This document shows, piece after piece, positions 37,089 through 45,920 of a DNA stretch of 64,000 nt (the first letter of the stretch is position 1; the number at the start of each line of letters is the position of its first letter). The notes beneath the pieces were generated by a model. It saw only the letters and a program-made list of their open reading frames with translations. It did not search any database and had not been told where the DNA came from. The stretch comes from Klebsiella phage Magnus. A program made the position numbers and the translations under genes. The stretch is taken from sequence record NC_049462.1; one strand, given 5' to 3'.

Positions 37089-38516
37089 ATGTTACTCGAA
37101 TCTGTCGTGCTTTCCCAATTGATTTACAATGAAGAATACCAAAGAAAAATATTGCCTTACCTGAAAGCCGATTATTTCGAAAATGAAGGTGAGAAGATTA
37201 TATTCGGATTAATTGACGATTATTCGTCAGAATATAATGCTCGCCCTTCGGTTGATGCTCTGTCTATTATGCTGGAGAAGACTCCGCTCAACGAGCATGT
37301 GTTTGAACAATCAATCGCCGCTCTTTCTAATATCAATGACAATACATTCAATCAGGAATGGTTGGTAAAAGAAACTGAGCAGTGGGCGCGCAATAAGGCT
37401 GTGCACAACGCGATAAAAACAGCTGTTAACATCTATGGTGACAACAAGCGGCAGGAGGAGATGAATAATATCCCCACCATCCTGCAAGAAGCGTTGTCTA
37501 TCAGTTTTGATTCATATCTTGGTCATATCTATTGGGAAATGGCTGCAGAGCAATATGACCATATGAATTCAGCTGAGGCCAAAATTCCATTCGCTGTTGA
37601 AATATTCAACAAGGCTACGCGCGGCGGTGTAGGCAAAAAGACGCTGAACATTGTTACGGGTGCCATCAACGCAGGTAAGACCACAACCCTGATAGACCTG
37701 GCGGCGGGTTATTCAGAGCAGGGGTTGAATGTTTTCGTGTTTACCCTGGAAGTTGCTGAGAACATTTGGCGTCACCGTCTTGACGCCCGTATTATGCGAC
37801 GTGATTTTGAAGTCGTTGAGAAGATGACCCGCGAAGAGTACATCGGGACAATCCAAAAATTAAGGACAAGGGACAACGGCTCTCTGAAAGGCGATATCGT
37901 CATCAAGGAATACCCATCTGGGGCAGGGCATACTGGATTGTATCGTCGAGATATTCTGGAATATATCTCATCAACAGGCATCTCTCCTGACGTTATCATT
38001 ATCGACTATCTGGGTGAATCGGCGTCTTCGCGTCTTCCGGCTCATCTTATGAACAACACCAACGTGTACTATACATCAGTTGCTCGTGAATTCCGTGCTC
38101 TTGGGTTCGAATTTGATTGCCCGGTGTGGACTGGTATGCAGTTCAACCGTGAGAAGCAATCAGCCACAGACGGGGATATCAGTGACCTGGCAGATGCTAT
38201 CGGTATCCCGAAGGTCGCCGACTTCATCATGGCATTCTATGCGCCGGACGAGTTGGCTGCAGTCAAGAAGGCCCGCGCAAGTATCCTCAAAAACCGTTAT
38301 GCCAACAAACAGAAATTGAAATCGTTCTTGTTTGGTATGGATCAGGATAAGCAGATTTTGTTTGATCTTGATTGGAATGAGGTCAAACGAGATCTCACCG
38401 AAGAAGAAGCCAAATATGTTGAGAATGTCCATATCAAACATGATATGAACAAAACAGGGAACGTTGTGACCGACGCGAAGAAAGCGGAAACGGTCAATAG
38501 CTGGAACTTTGGTTGA
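37089..38516 (+). CDS. gp41: Replicative DNA helicase gp41 (DnaB family)
   Basis: Walker A GAINAGKTT, Walker B IIIDYLGE, DnaB N-terminal domain; ATG 37089 (track ORF begins at TTG 37083). Confidence 0.85.
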   Translation: MLLESVVLSQLIYNEEYQRKILPYLKADYFENEGEKIIFGLIDDYSSEYNARPSVDALSIMLEKTPLNEHVFEQSIAALSNINDNTFNQEWLVKETEQWARNKAVHNAIKTAVNIYGDNKRQEEMNNIPTILQEALSISFDSYLGHIYWEMAAEQYDHMNSAEAKIPFAVEIFNKATRGGVGKKTLNIVTGAINAGKTTTLIDLAAGYSEQGLNVFVFTLEVAENIWRHRLDARIMRRDFEVVEKMTREEYIGTIQKLRTRDNGSLKGDIVIKEYPSGAGHTGLYRRDILEYISSTGISPDVIIIDYLGESASSRLPAHLMNNTNVYYTSVAREFRALGFEFDCPVWTGMQFNREKQSATDGDISDLADAIGIPKVADFIMAFYAPDELAAVKKARASILKNRYANKQKLKSFLFGMDQDKQILFDLDWNEVKRDLTEEEAKYVENVHIKHDMNKTGNVVTDAKKAETVNSWNFG

Positions 38517-38544
38517 TTTCAATAAACGGATCATGAGGTATAAT
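38517..38544 (+). promoter_or_regulatory. Sigma70-like promoter TTTCAA-16-TATAAT (TTCAATAAA element overlaps -35)
   Basis: Located 35 nt upstream of the 38579 gene. Confidence 0.4.
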
Positions 38545-38578
38545 CTTCATGATCTGAATATAAACCCAGGAGCACATC

Positions 38579-38914
38579 ATGTTGCACAATAATTTCATGG
38601 CGGATCTGCTACGCGCCGTTGAGCAGGTGTGCCACACCAAGAAGGATACGATCAATCTAGACTTCGCTCAGACTATCGAATTCTTTAAAGCACGCCATAC
38701 TTGGAAAGACCACAATGTGAAAGTAATGGCGCAAGAAGGGGAATTGGTTGAACTCGATTTGCCATCATTCCCTTTACCGGTACGGACCGAAACTCAGGAA
38801 CAATACGAAATTGAAGGCGTTCGCATTATTCCTAAGTTTGGTTATCATAGTATCGTTTACTTCTTCCTGAGCCGGATTGGGACAAATATCATCCCGACCG
38901 GAATGCGTATCTAA
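38579..38914 (+). CDS. Hypothetical protein
   Basis: 111-aa ORF after predicted promoter. Confidence 0.4.
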   Translation: MLHNNFMADLLRAVEQVCHTKKDTINLDFAQTIEFFKARHTWKDHNVKVMAQEGELVELDLPSFPLPVRTETQEQYEIEGVRIIPKFGYHSIVYFFLSRIGTNIIPTGMRI

Positions 38915-38927
38915 TAGAGGGCTTAAC

Positions 38928-39242
38928 ATGTCTGTAGAACAAATTGGTTTTTATGAAATCCCGAACGACCCGGCGCTGCGCAAGAAACTGTTTGACACCA
39001 TCGAAAACTGCCGCGCCGCTCAAGTCCGTATAAAATCAGAACAGACGTACATCACTGATGCACTGTCTGAAATCGGTAAGGCGACAGGCATCAAAGCAGC
39101 TGATCTGCGTAAAGTCGTGTCAGACCGCGCCGCTGGTACTTACACCAAGACAATCGAAACCAGCGCCAAATACCAGGATCTCTACGAATCCCTGTTCCCG
39201 AACGCCGCGCCGGATCGTGATCCGAATACTTCCGGCGAATGA
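38928..39242 (+). CDS. Hypothetical protein
   Basis: ATG at 38928 (MSVEQIGFYEIPNDP...); followed by hairpin 39250-39280. Confidence 0.4.
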   Translation: MSVEQIGFYEIPNDPALRKKLFDTIENCRAAQVRIKSEQTYITDALSEIGKATGIKAADLRKVVSDRAAGTYTKTIETSAKYQDLYESLFPNAAPDRDPNTSGE

Positions 39243-39290
39243 CAGACCCCAAAGGCCCAACGTTCGTTGGGCTTTCTTATTTTCAAAACC

Positions 39291-39319
39291 TTTACTTCAA
39301 TAAACATCCGCGCTATATT
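39291..39319 (+). promoter_or_regulatory. Sigma70-like early promoter TTTACT-17-TATATT with TTCAATAAA in spacer
   Basis: Third copy of the TTTACT/TTCAATAA/-10 architecture. Confidence 0.45.
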
Positions 39320-39360
39320 TCATTTTATTGAATCGTTGTTTCTAAATCATGAGGTGAAAG

Positions 39361-40554
39361 ATGGACGCCAAAACCTACCAGATCCCGCTCGACAATGTCG
39401 TAATTGTCCAGGAACGCCTGCAAAAATTAGAGCGCACGGCAAATCGACTGGGGCTGGTATTCCCGACGGTGACCATCAGTGAACCATACAGAACCCAACA
39501 CAAAGATTCTACGTCTGGTGAAATTTTCTATCGTTGGTGGCGGGACATTTCTCTTGAAGGTGAAGGCATTGACCGCCCGGTTTCATACGGCGGCTGGTCT
39601 ATCATCGGCCAGTTCAATCATCAATACCCAAAGGTCATTCTCAACAAACTGACCGACGACATCGTCCCGCATTTCATTCAACGGTTCGAGGCAGAGAACG
39701 TCTCGTGGTGTGAGCATTGCAATAAATCAGTTCGCCGCAATAACACATATGTGGTTCGTAATGAAACCAGCGGAGCGCAAATGCTCGTCGGTAGCAGCTG
39801 CATGCATCATTACGTGCCTCACCAGAAGTCCCTGGATGCCGTAATGGGTTATTACCTGTCCATTCACGAGCTGTTTAATAACCAGGACGAGGATGGAATC
39901 TACGGGAGCCATATCCCGACTACCGCCGATACCCGGAGCTATCTGCGTCTGGTGTTCCAGATCTTACTGACCGGAGTCAGCATCAAGTCTAATTTGTATT
40001 CTGTTGTCATGGGTTGCTTTGTAGCAGGTGAAGCTCCGAAGGACAAATCATCTGAAGCATGGGAGATTTATCAGAAGGCAAAGGGGTTCTACTTTGATGC
40101 CCTAAGTGAGATGGATCATATGATGGAATTCATTGCATCGCTGCCTCAGACCAATGACTTCAATGTTCGCCTGACCCGTATGTGTGAAGCTGGGTATCAT
40201 CTGATCAAGGATTCTACCACTGTTCGCTGGGGTGCCGTCAAATATTACGAATACCTCCACCGCGAATGTTCACGTACCAATAAGGCAGAAACACGTTGGG
40301 TGGGTGAAGTCGGGGAGATGATTGAGAAGACCGTCACCTACGTTGATCGCAAGTTCCTCTACAGCGGGGATTGGGGTGATTCCTATCTGTATATCTTCAA
40401 AACCGAAGAAGGTAGTACGATTACATGGAAGACTTCCTATATTGATGCGGACCTGGAAGGACAGATGGTTATCCGGGGCCGGGTGAAAGAACTGACTGAG
40501 TATGAAGATGTCAAACAGACTCAGATTACCAGAGCAAAGTTGAGGACGTTATGA
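39361..40554 (+). CDS. Hypothetical protein with Cys/His cluster (CEHC...CMHH), 397 aa
   Basis: GAGGTGAAAG RBS; putative zinc-binding CEHCNKSVRRN...VGSSCMHHY. Confidence 0.5.
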   Translation: MDAKTYQIPLDNVVIVQERLQKLERTANRLGLVFPTVTISEPYRTQHKDSTSGEIFYRWWRDISLEGEGIDRPVSYGGWSIIGQFNHQYPKVILNKLTDDIVPHFIQRFEAENVSWCEHCNKSVRRNNTYVVRNETSGAQMLVGSSCMHHYVPHQKSLDAVMGYYLSIHELFNNQDEDGIYGSHIPTTADTRSYLRLVFQILLTGVSIKSNLYSVVMGCFVAGEAPKDKSSEAWEIYQKAKGFYFDALSEMDHMMEFIASLPQTNDFNVRLTRMCEAGYHLIKDSTTVRWGAVKYYEYLHRECSRTNKAETRWVGEVGEMIEKTVTYVDRKFLYSGDWGDSYLYIFKTEEGSTITWKTSYIDADLEGQMVIRGRVKELTEYEDVKQTQITRAKLRTL

Positions 40555-40691
40555 CATTATTAGAAATGAATGCTGCGGTGTTAACCAAATTCATTGCAGG
40601 TGAACTCAAGATCGGACTCGCCATATTTGGTATCACTACCGTTGCCTTGGCCATATGGGTTCTGATCTATCTGATTAAGAGGAAAGGTTGA
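40551..40691 (+). CDS. 46-aa single-pass membrane micro-protein (not in ORF track)
   Basis: GAGGA RBS 4 nt upstream, ATGA overlap with upstream stop; MTLLEMNAAVLTKFIAGELKIGLAIFGITTVALAIWVLIYLIKRKG. Confidence 0.35.
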   Translation: MTLLEMNAAVLTKFIAGELKIGLAIFGITTVALAIWVLIYLIKRKG

Positions 40692-40903
40692 TGGAGTGTT
40701 CATGTGGAGGGCAGGGGACGAGTTCTTACACCCGTTACCCCACTGTGAAGGAAGCCGAAGCTGCTGGATTCCGTGTAGAAAAGGCTCCCTGTGTAATCGC
40801 CTTGAAAGACTGTCCGGTCTGTAAGAGGCACTCTCAGGACGTTTGGTATGAGCCAGGCGCTCAACCAAAGACAGTCAATTTGCTGTCCATGATGGGGAAA
40901 TAA
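40691..40903 (+). CDS. Small zinc-finger protein
   Basis: TGATG overlap; CSCGG...CPVCKRH cysteine pairs. Confidence 0.4.
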   Translation: MECSCGGQGTSSYTRYPTVKEAEAAGFRVEKAPCVIALKDCPVCKRHSQDVWYEPGAQPKTVNLLSMMGK

Positions 40904-40904
40904 A

Positions 40905-41093
40905 ATGAAAGACGTTACTGATGACCAATTGAAGGAGATGGGGCGGCTAACTCAAATTATCGCCCGCGATAAAACGAAAACTATCCGAGCGCTCGAAAAT
41001 GAACTCGGGGAACTTACCAAGAACTCTACTAATTTAGAGGTCGAATTAATCAAGCGCGGTTATGTTGTCAAGCGCCGTTTTTGGGAATATTGA
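40905..41093 (+). CDS. Small hypothetical protein
   Basis: 62-aa ORF, basic C-terminus. Confidence 0.35.
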   Translation: MKDVTDDQLKEMGRLTQIIARDKTKTIRALENELGELTKNSTNLEVELIKRGYVVKRRFWEY

Positions 41094-41155
41094 TATGACA
41101 ACTCTCGTAGAACGGAAGAACTGTATCACCATACACAATACCAGGAGAGACACAA

Positions 41156-41257
41156 ATGACTTTCTTTGATGTTTTTCTCACGAATATATTATTCGGATTC
41201 GGGGTTCTGGTGATTTGCATTACGGTACGTTTGTTGAAGCTCAAGAAACGCCGCTGA
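41156..41257 (+). CDS. 33-aa hydrophobic micro-protein (not in ORF track)
   Basis: AGGAGA RBS 7 nt upstream; MTFFDVFLTNILFGFGVLVICITVRLLKLKKRR. Confidence 0.25.
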   Translation: MTFFDVFLTNILFGFGVLVICITVRLLKLKKRR

Positions 41258-41363
41258 AAGAACGTCGACAACATTGTCAGCCAGGCAATATCCCGCACCC
41301 GCCAATAATTTATTGAAGTCTTTGGGGTTATAATTGGATTACAAATAACCCCGGAGACTCAAG

Positions 41364-42785
41364 ATGATTCCTCTGTTAGAAGCAATTCACACTCTTCGTG
41401 AGACCAAAGGCACCAATGCCAAGAAAGAAGTCCTGACCCAAATTTTGAAAGAAAATCCGGACATGGTCGATTTTCTTCAGTATGTGTATGACCCACTTCT
41501 TTCTTATTACCGTACAAAGTTTTTACCGAATGCGTTCCCTCGTATGCTTTCGCGCGGCGTCGTCGGTAGCTGGGATCAGGTGTACGATGTTCTCGACCAG
41601 ATGAGCGAACGTACCCTCAGCGGGCAGAAAGCCGATCATGAATTATCGAAAGCGGCGACCAATATTCACCCGGATTACCACGAACTCATCCAGATGATTC
41701 TGGACAGGGACATTAAAGCCGGTATTGCTGAAAAGGGCATCAATGCGGCATTCAACGCAGCGGGCGGGACCGGGCGGCTGATCAACATACTCCCCTATCA
41801 TCGTTATGACAACATGACGATTGACCTGCTGAAGAAGATGGACTTCCGGCGCGGGGTTTACAGTCAGCTGAAATCAGACGGCATGTTTGCCAACATCATC
41901 TGCCGGCACGGAAAAGAACCCGAAATTCGTTCCCGCTCTGGTTCTCTTATTGCTGGCGGCTCAGTGGACAACCTATCCCTGGTGTTTAAGGATATCATCT
42001 ATGATGCTGGAGTTGGCGAGAGCGTGTTCCACGGGGAACTCTTGGTAGTAGACCTCAAACAAAATGCCATCCTGCCTCGTGCTGTCGGCAACGGTAAACT
42101 CAACAGCGTGATCCAGACGGGGGAACCTTTACCGGAACAATTCCAGGTTATCTACCGGGTATGGGATATCGTTCCGTATGAAAAATGGTTCAATGCCGAG
42201 CGTGTTGATATCCCATATGAAGCCCGTTACAACATCATCTCCCAAATGTTTGACGATGATGGCCTGGTGCAAGTCCAGGAAACCCGTGTTGTTCATTCGT
42301 TTGCAGAAGCGGTCGAGCATTTCAAAGACGCGCTATCCCGTAAAGAAGAAGGCACGATCTGTAAGGCAGCAGATATGCCTTGGGAAGATGGTACGAGCAG
42401 CCAAGGTCTCAAACTCAAAATGGAAATTGAGTGTGATCTGGAGATCATCGGATTTAATCCTGCTGACGCCAAAGGCAAGCATTCCAAGACGTTTGGGTCG
42501 CTACTTTGTAAGACCTCCGATAGTTTACTCATCGTTGGCGTCTCGGGGATCTCAGATGATCTCAGGAAGTATATGTGGGAACACCAAGACGAGTTCCTGG
42601 GTAAGATCGCCGCCGTCCTCTCCAATGGCGTACAGGACAAGACTGATGATGCGTTGAAATCACTCTTCCTGCCACGCCTGGTGGAAGTTCGTACCGACAA
42701 GAAGGTTGCCAACACGCTGGCTGAAGTCTATGAGATTCAAAAAGCGTATGTTGAAAACATTCTGGTTCTATTAGAGGCCGCATAA
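41364..42785 (+). CDS. gp30: ATP-dependent DNA ligase (T4 gp30-like)
   Basis: Adenylation motif I KSDGMFA (KxDG), nucleotidyltransferase motifs GELLV, downstream OB-fold domain; 473 aa. Confidence 0.8.
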   Translation: MIPLLEAIHTLRETKGTNAKKEVLTQILKENPDMVDFLQYVYDPLLSYYRTKFLPNAFPRMLSRGVVGSWDQVYDVLDQMSERTLSGQKADHELSKAATNIHPDYHELIQMILDRDIKAGIAEKGINAAFNAAGGTGRLINILPYHRYDNMTIDLLKKMDFRRGVYSQLKSDGMFANIICRHGKEPEIRSRSGSLIAGGSVDNLSLVFKDIIYDAGVGESVFHGELLVVDLKQNAILPRAVGNGKLNSVIQTGEPLPEQFQVIYRVWDIVPYEKWFNAERVDIPYEARYNIISQMFDDDGLVQVQETRVVHSFAEAVEHFKDALSRKEEGTICKAADMPWEDGTSSQGLKLKMEIECDLEIIGFNPADAKGKHSKTFGSLLCKTSDSLLIVGVSGISDDLRKYMWEHQDEFLGKIAAVLSNGVQDKTDDALKSLFLPRLVEVRTDKKVANTLAEVYEIQKAYVENILVLLEAA

Positions 42786-42786
42786 A

Positions 42787-43044
42787 ATGGATACGCTATT
42801 CACCCTGATGTGTACAATGACTTTCGCGCTGTCCCTGGTTATCAGCTCGTTGTGTGCCCTGCTGGTGTGGATAGCGTTCCCTGACGTTGCCAAATATAAA
42901 ATCTTCATGTTTTTAGCCATTATTGTCATGAGTTTTATTTTAACAATTCACTATGCCAAGCAGGATTATAATCCTGACAAACGTTATTCTTCATTGGCGG
43001 AGAGATATCATGGCTTCGAATTTAAAGACATTACCAGAAAATGA
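42787..43044 (+). CDS. Small membrane protein (2 TM)
   Basis: FTLMCTMTFALSLVISSLCALLVWIAF and IFMFLAIIVMSFILTI. Confidence 0.45.
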   Translation: MDTLFTLMCTMTFALSLVISSLCALLVWIAFPDVAKYKIFMFLAIIVMSFILTIHYAKQDYNPDKRYSSLAERYHGFEFKDITRK

Positions 43045-43270
43045 TTCTGAATATTTGCGTCGAGTTGTTTTGGAATTGGGCGTGAACTATAGCGGAATGG
43101 CCAGATTATTAGATTGTTCGAACGCAGTCGGATTCTGGAAGAAAGGCTATCGTCGGATACCCAAAGCATTCCGCCGGGCGATCTTGATGCTGAAATTTAT
43201 CAATCAAAAAGGACTCATGTCTGAGTTTTTGAGATATGTAGGTGAACAGGAGAAACAAAATGGTAACTGA
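43010..43270 (+). CDS. Small hypothetical protein
   Basis: ATG 43010 with GGAG RBS; overlaps neighbours. Confidence 0.35.
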   Translation: MASNLKTLPENDSEYLRRVVLELGVNYSGMARLLDCSNAVGFWKKGYRRIPKAFRRAILMLKFINQKGLMSEFLRYVGEQEKQNGN

Positions 43271-43922
43271 ATGGGAAAAGATGGAATATGAACGGGCTTT
43301 TAACGTTTATTGTATCTTTATGGCCATCAAACTCCATTTCACGACCAAGGATTATGATTACGGTCTCTATGGCCCGATGAGCAATTACAAATTCGAAACA
43401 TTCTTTGCCAAAGAAGGTATGCGGAAACAGTTTGCTCGATTGGCCCGGCGCTTTGAGACTTCTCAAGGCGAAGTTGTTGAGAATTATATCATTGCAAATT
43501 TCATAAAGTCACCCAAGACCTGGGTAACGACTTTGTTGACTCGGCAGGCGCAAGAGAATTATAACGAATACCGGAAGCTGTATGACAACTTCACATACCA
43601 CTTCCTTGACTTTTTTGAAAAGAATATGATTCCGGAAATTGTTGGGCGCGGTCTCACGTTCTTGGATTATCTTAAAGGTGACGGGCAAAATCATCCGGCA
43701 CTATTGACCGACATCATCATGAAAAAATATCCGATTTGGTTTCTGGTCGGACTGAACAAAATAACCGGGTTCATCGCATTTTACGATAAATTGTTGAAAG
43801 AAGACATTTATTGGAATTCAGAAGCCTTCTTGTTGAAGAAGACGGATGCGGTAGTACCCAATGAGAACACGGATTACGCAAGAAATAAATTCCGTGAGAT
43901 GATCCTTTCCCACGGAATTTGA
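43260..43922 (+). CDS. gp59: Helicase loader gp59
   Basis: Collinear with T4 gp59 N-terminal domain: YERAFNVYCIFMAIKLHFTTKDYDY...YKFETFFAKEGMRKQFARLARRF (T4: GKSVYKLYLMIKQHMNGKYDVIKYN...YQKRRDKYFFQKLSEKY); AGGAG RBS. Confidence 0.6.
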   Translation: MVTEWEKMEYERAFNVYCIFMAIKLHFTTKDYDYGLYGPMSNYKFETFFAKEGMRKQFARLARRFETSQGEVVENYIIANFIKSPKTWVTTLLTRQAQENYNEYRKLYDNFTYHFLDFFEKNMIPEIVGRGLTFLDYLKGDGQNHPALLTDIIMKKYPIWFLVGLNKITGFIAFYDKLLKEDIYWNSEAFLLKKTDAVVPNENTDYARNKFREMILSHGI

Positions 43923-43924
43923 TG

Positions 43925-45910
43925 TTACCAATCCCAGAGCAGACGAGTCTTGTCAGTCTGGTTGGAAGGTTCCAGATTGGTGCTGTTGAAGTTGTTCGTC
44001 GTGCTGACTTTCTTAGAGTTGTCAACATTCTGTTGGATCGGAGCGATTACAGAAGCGGGCGGCTGGCTGTACACAGACTGGATTTGTCCGATGTTATCCG
44101 CTGCCCGCCCCTGTGTCGGTCTCGCCGCACCAAGGCTTCCACCACCGATAGACCCATATGCTTCTTTCAACTGAGAAGTTTTGTCCGTGACGTTCTCAGC
44201 ATCTGACGTTACTCCCGAAGGAATAGGCGTCAGCGTCTGTGCATCCTGGTTAGGGAGTACCGGAGCCGTCGTCTGATCCTGTTTGACTTCAGGCGCTGCA
44301 GGCTGTTGTTTCTGCTGGTCAGATTGTGGTACAGGACTATTGGTCGGCTCTTCCGTTCCGATCATCATAGCCTGACGCGCTTCATCCATTTTCTTCCTAG
44401 CAGCTTCGCCGCCCAGAGCATCAGGGATAATGCTTACAAATTTGTCAACGATATCGAACATGGCATTGACGATGGCGTTAATCATGTTGAAAAACGGCTT
44501 TTTCACATTTTCAGCAAACCCTTTCTTGATGCTATCCAAAGTATTGCTCGCGGCTGCAATCCCGTCATCAATGAATGAACTGATACCGCCAGTGACCCAA
44601 TCAACCAACTTGATGAGTTCACTCTGGAGGTTATCAGCCAACTTACCAGGGATATCAGTGAGAGAGGTGTTCTTGGTGATCCCGGCGAACAGATCGTTGG
44701 ATATCCAGTTGACGATGGAGTTAAGCCACTCAGCGGGCTTCTCAGAGATCCAGAGAGTGAACTGGCGGAACTTCTTGCCCATGTCAGTATCAAACCCAAA
44801 GATCTTGGATACCCAATCGAACAAATCCCCAAAGCTGCCGACCAATTCGGTAATACCCGCCCGGACCCGGTCTACAATGGTTACGGATGCTTTCCCTAAA
44901 ATCTCTTTGGCGTTGATAAATCCTTTACCGAATTCAAATACAGAAGAGATTAATGCCAGCGGACCGATCTTTAAGAATTTCAAAACTTTACCAAATGGAC
45001 CCAGGAGCTTAACAATCCCTTCCCCAATCTTGGAGAACATACCAATGAATGCGCCCACAGCCCAACCGATCGCCTTGAACGGTTTCAGGAGGAACCCTTT
45101 GAGGGCGTTGAGGCCTAACATAGCGGCTATGGCAGCACCTATCCCTGATGAGTTCTCGTCTTTCTGGTCATCATCTTTTGGGATGATGGAAGTCGCCCGT
45201 GGATTGTTCTTACCTTCTTTCCCTTCCTCGCCCCGGCGCATCTCTTCCTTTTCACGCCATTTCTCGTTGCTGTCAAAAATACGGACAAGAGCATTAACGA
45301 TATGACCACCAGTCTTGCCTATTTTCTTCTCAATGGAAGATAACCGGACCAGTTGTTCTGAAGAGTTCTTGTCGATACCTTCTGTATTCCATCTGACTTC
45401 ATCCAGAGTGTCGCCAATACGATTCAAATCTGAACTGATACCGACAAGAGTTCCTTCCTGATTGTCCAACCGCTTGAGGCTGTCATCATTGGCTGCTTTC
45501 AACTGATCTGATATCAGGTTCAAATATTCAGTATTGGTATCATCAGCGGGCTGGCGGATAAGGTCCCCAAGACGGTCAACCTTCTCGCCGATTTTCATCA
45601 ACTCTTCGTTACCATCAACAGCAACATCAACGGTATCTTTCATCCAAATACCATAGTCTCGAGTGAATATCGGACTCACTCGAGCGAAGCCATTGACGAA
45701 GTCGTTGACCGAAGGAATTTTGAACTGGAATTCTGGAACTTCTTTCTGCTTTTCAGCAGTCTGTAGTTTCTCCAGATTTTTGTTCATCTTCACCAGCTGC
45801 TTGTTGGTCTCATTTTGAGCGCGGAGTTGTTTCCTCTCCATGATCTCTTTCTTGATCTTGTCAAGAACTTGAGCAACTTCAGTCTGGGATGTTTGTGCTG
45901 GCTCAGCCAT
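43925..45910 (-). CDS. gp29: Baseplate hub/tape-measure-like protein (T4 gp29-like)
   Basis: N-terminal coiled coil, Gly/Ala-rich hydrophobic middle (GIGAAIAAMLGLNALKGFLLKPFKAIGWAVGAFIGMF...LGPFGKVLKFLKIGPL), 661 aa. Confidence 0.55.
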   Translation of the reverse strand: MAEPAQTSQTEVAQVLDKIKKEIMERKQLRAQNETNKQLVKMNKNLEKLQTAEKQKEVPEFQFKIPSVNDFVNGFARVSPIFTRDYGIWMKDTVDVAVDGNEELMKIGEKVDRLGDLIRQPADDTNTEYLNLISDQLKAANDDSLKRLDNQEGTLVGISSDLNRIGDTLDEVRWNTEGIDKNSSEQLVRLSSIEKKIGKTGGHIVNALVRIFDSNEKWREKEEMRRGEEGKEGKNNPRATSIIPKDDDQKDENSSGIGAAIAAMLGLNALKGFLLKPFKAIGWAVGAFIGMFSKIGEGIVKLLGPFGKVLKFLKIGPLALISSVFEFGKGFINAKEILGKASVTIVDRVRAGITELVGSFGDLFDWVSKIFGFDTDMGKKFRQFTLWISEKPAEWLNSIVNWISNDLFAGITKNTSLTDIPGKLADNLQSELIKLVDWVTGGISSFIDDGIAAASNTLDSIKKGFAENVKKPFFNMINAIVNAMFDIVDKFVSIIPDALGGEAARKKMDEARQAMMIGTEEPTNSPVPQSDQQKQQPAAPEVKQDQTTAPVLPNQDAQTLTPIPSGVTSDAENVTDKTSQLKEAYGSIGGGSLGAARPTQGRAADNIGQIQSVYSQPPASVIAPIQQNVDNSKKVSTTNNFNSTNLEPSNQTDKTRLLWDW

Positions 45911-45920
45911 GGCTCACCTC

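Noticed and set aside
44430-45305. 291-aa plus-strand ORF
   Set aside because: It is antisense to the gp29-like gene; Ser/Pro/Leu-rich composition typical of a mirror frame.
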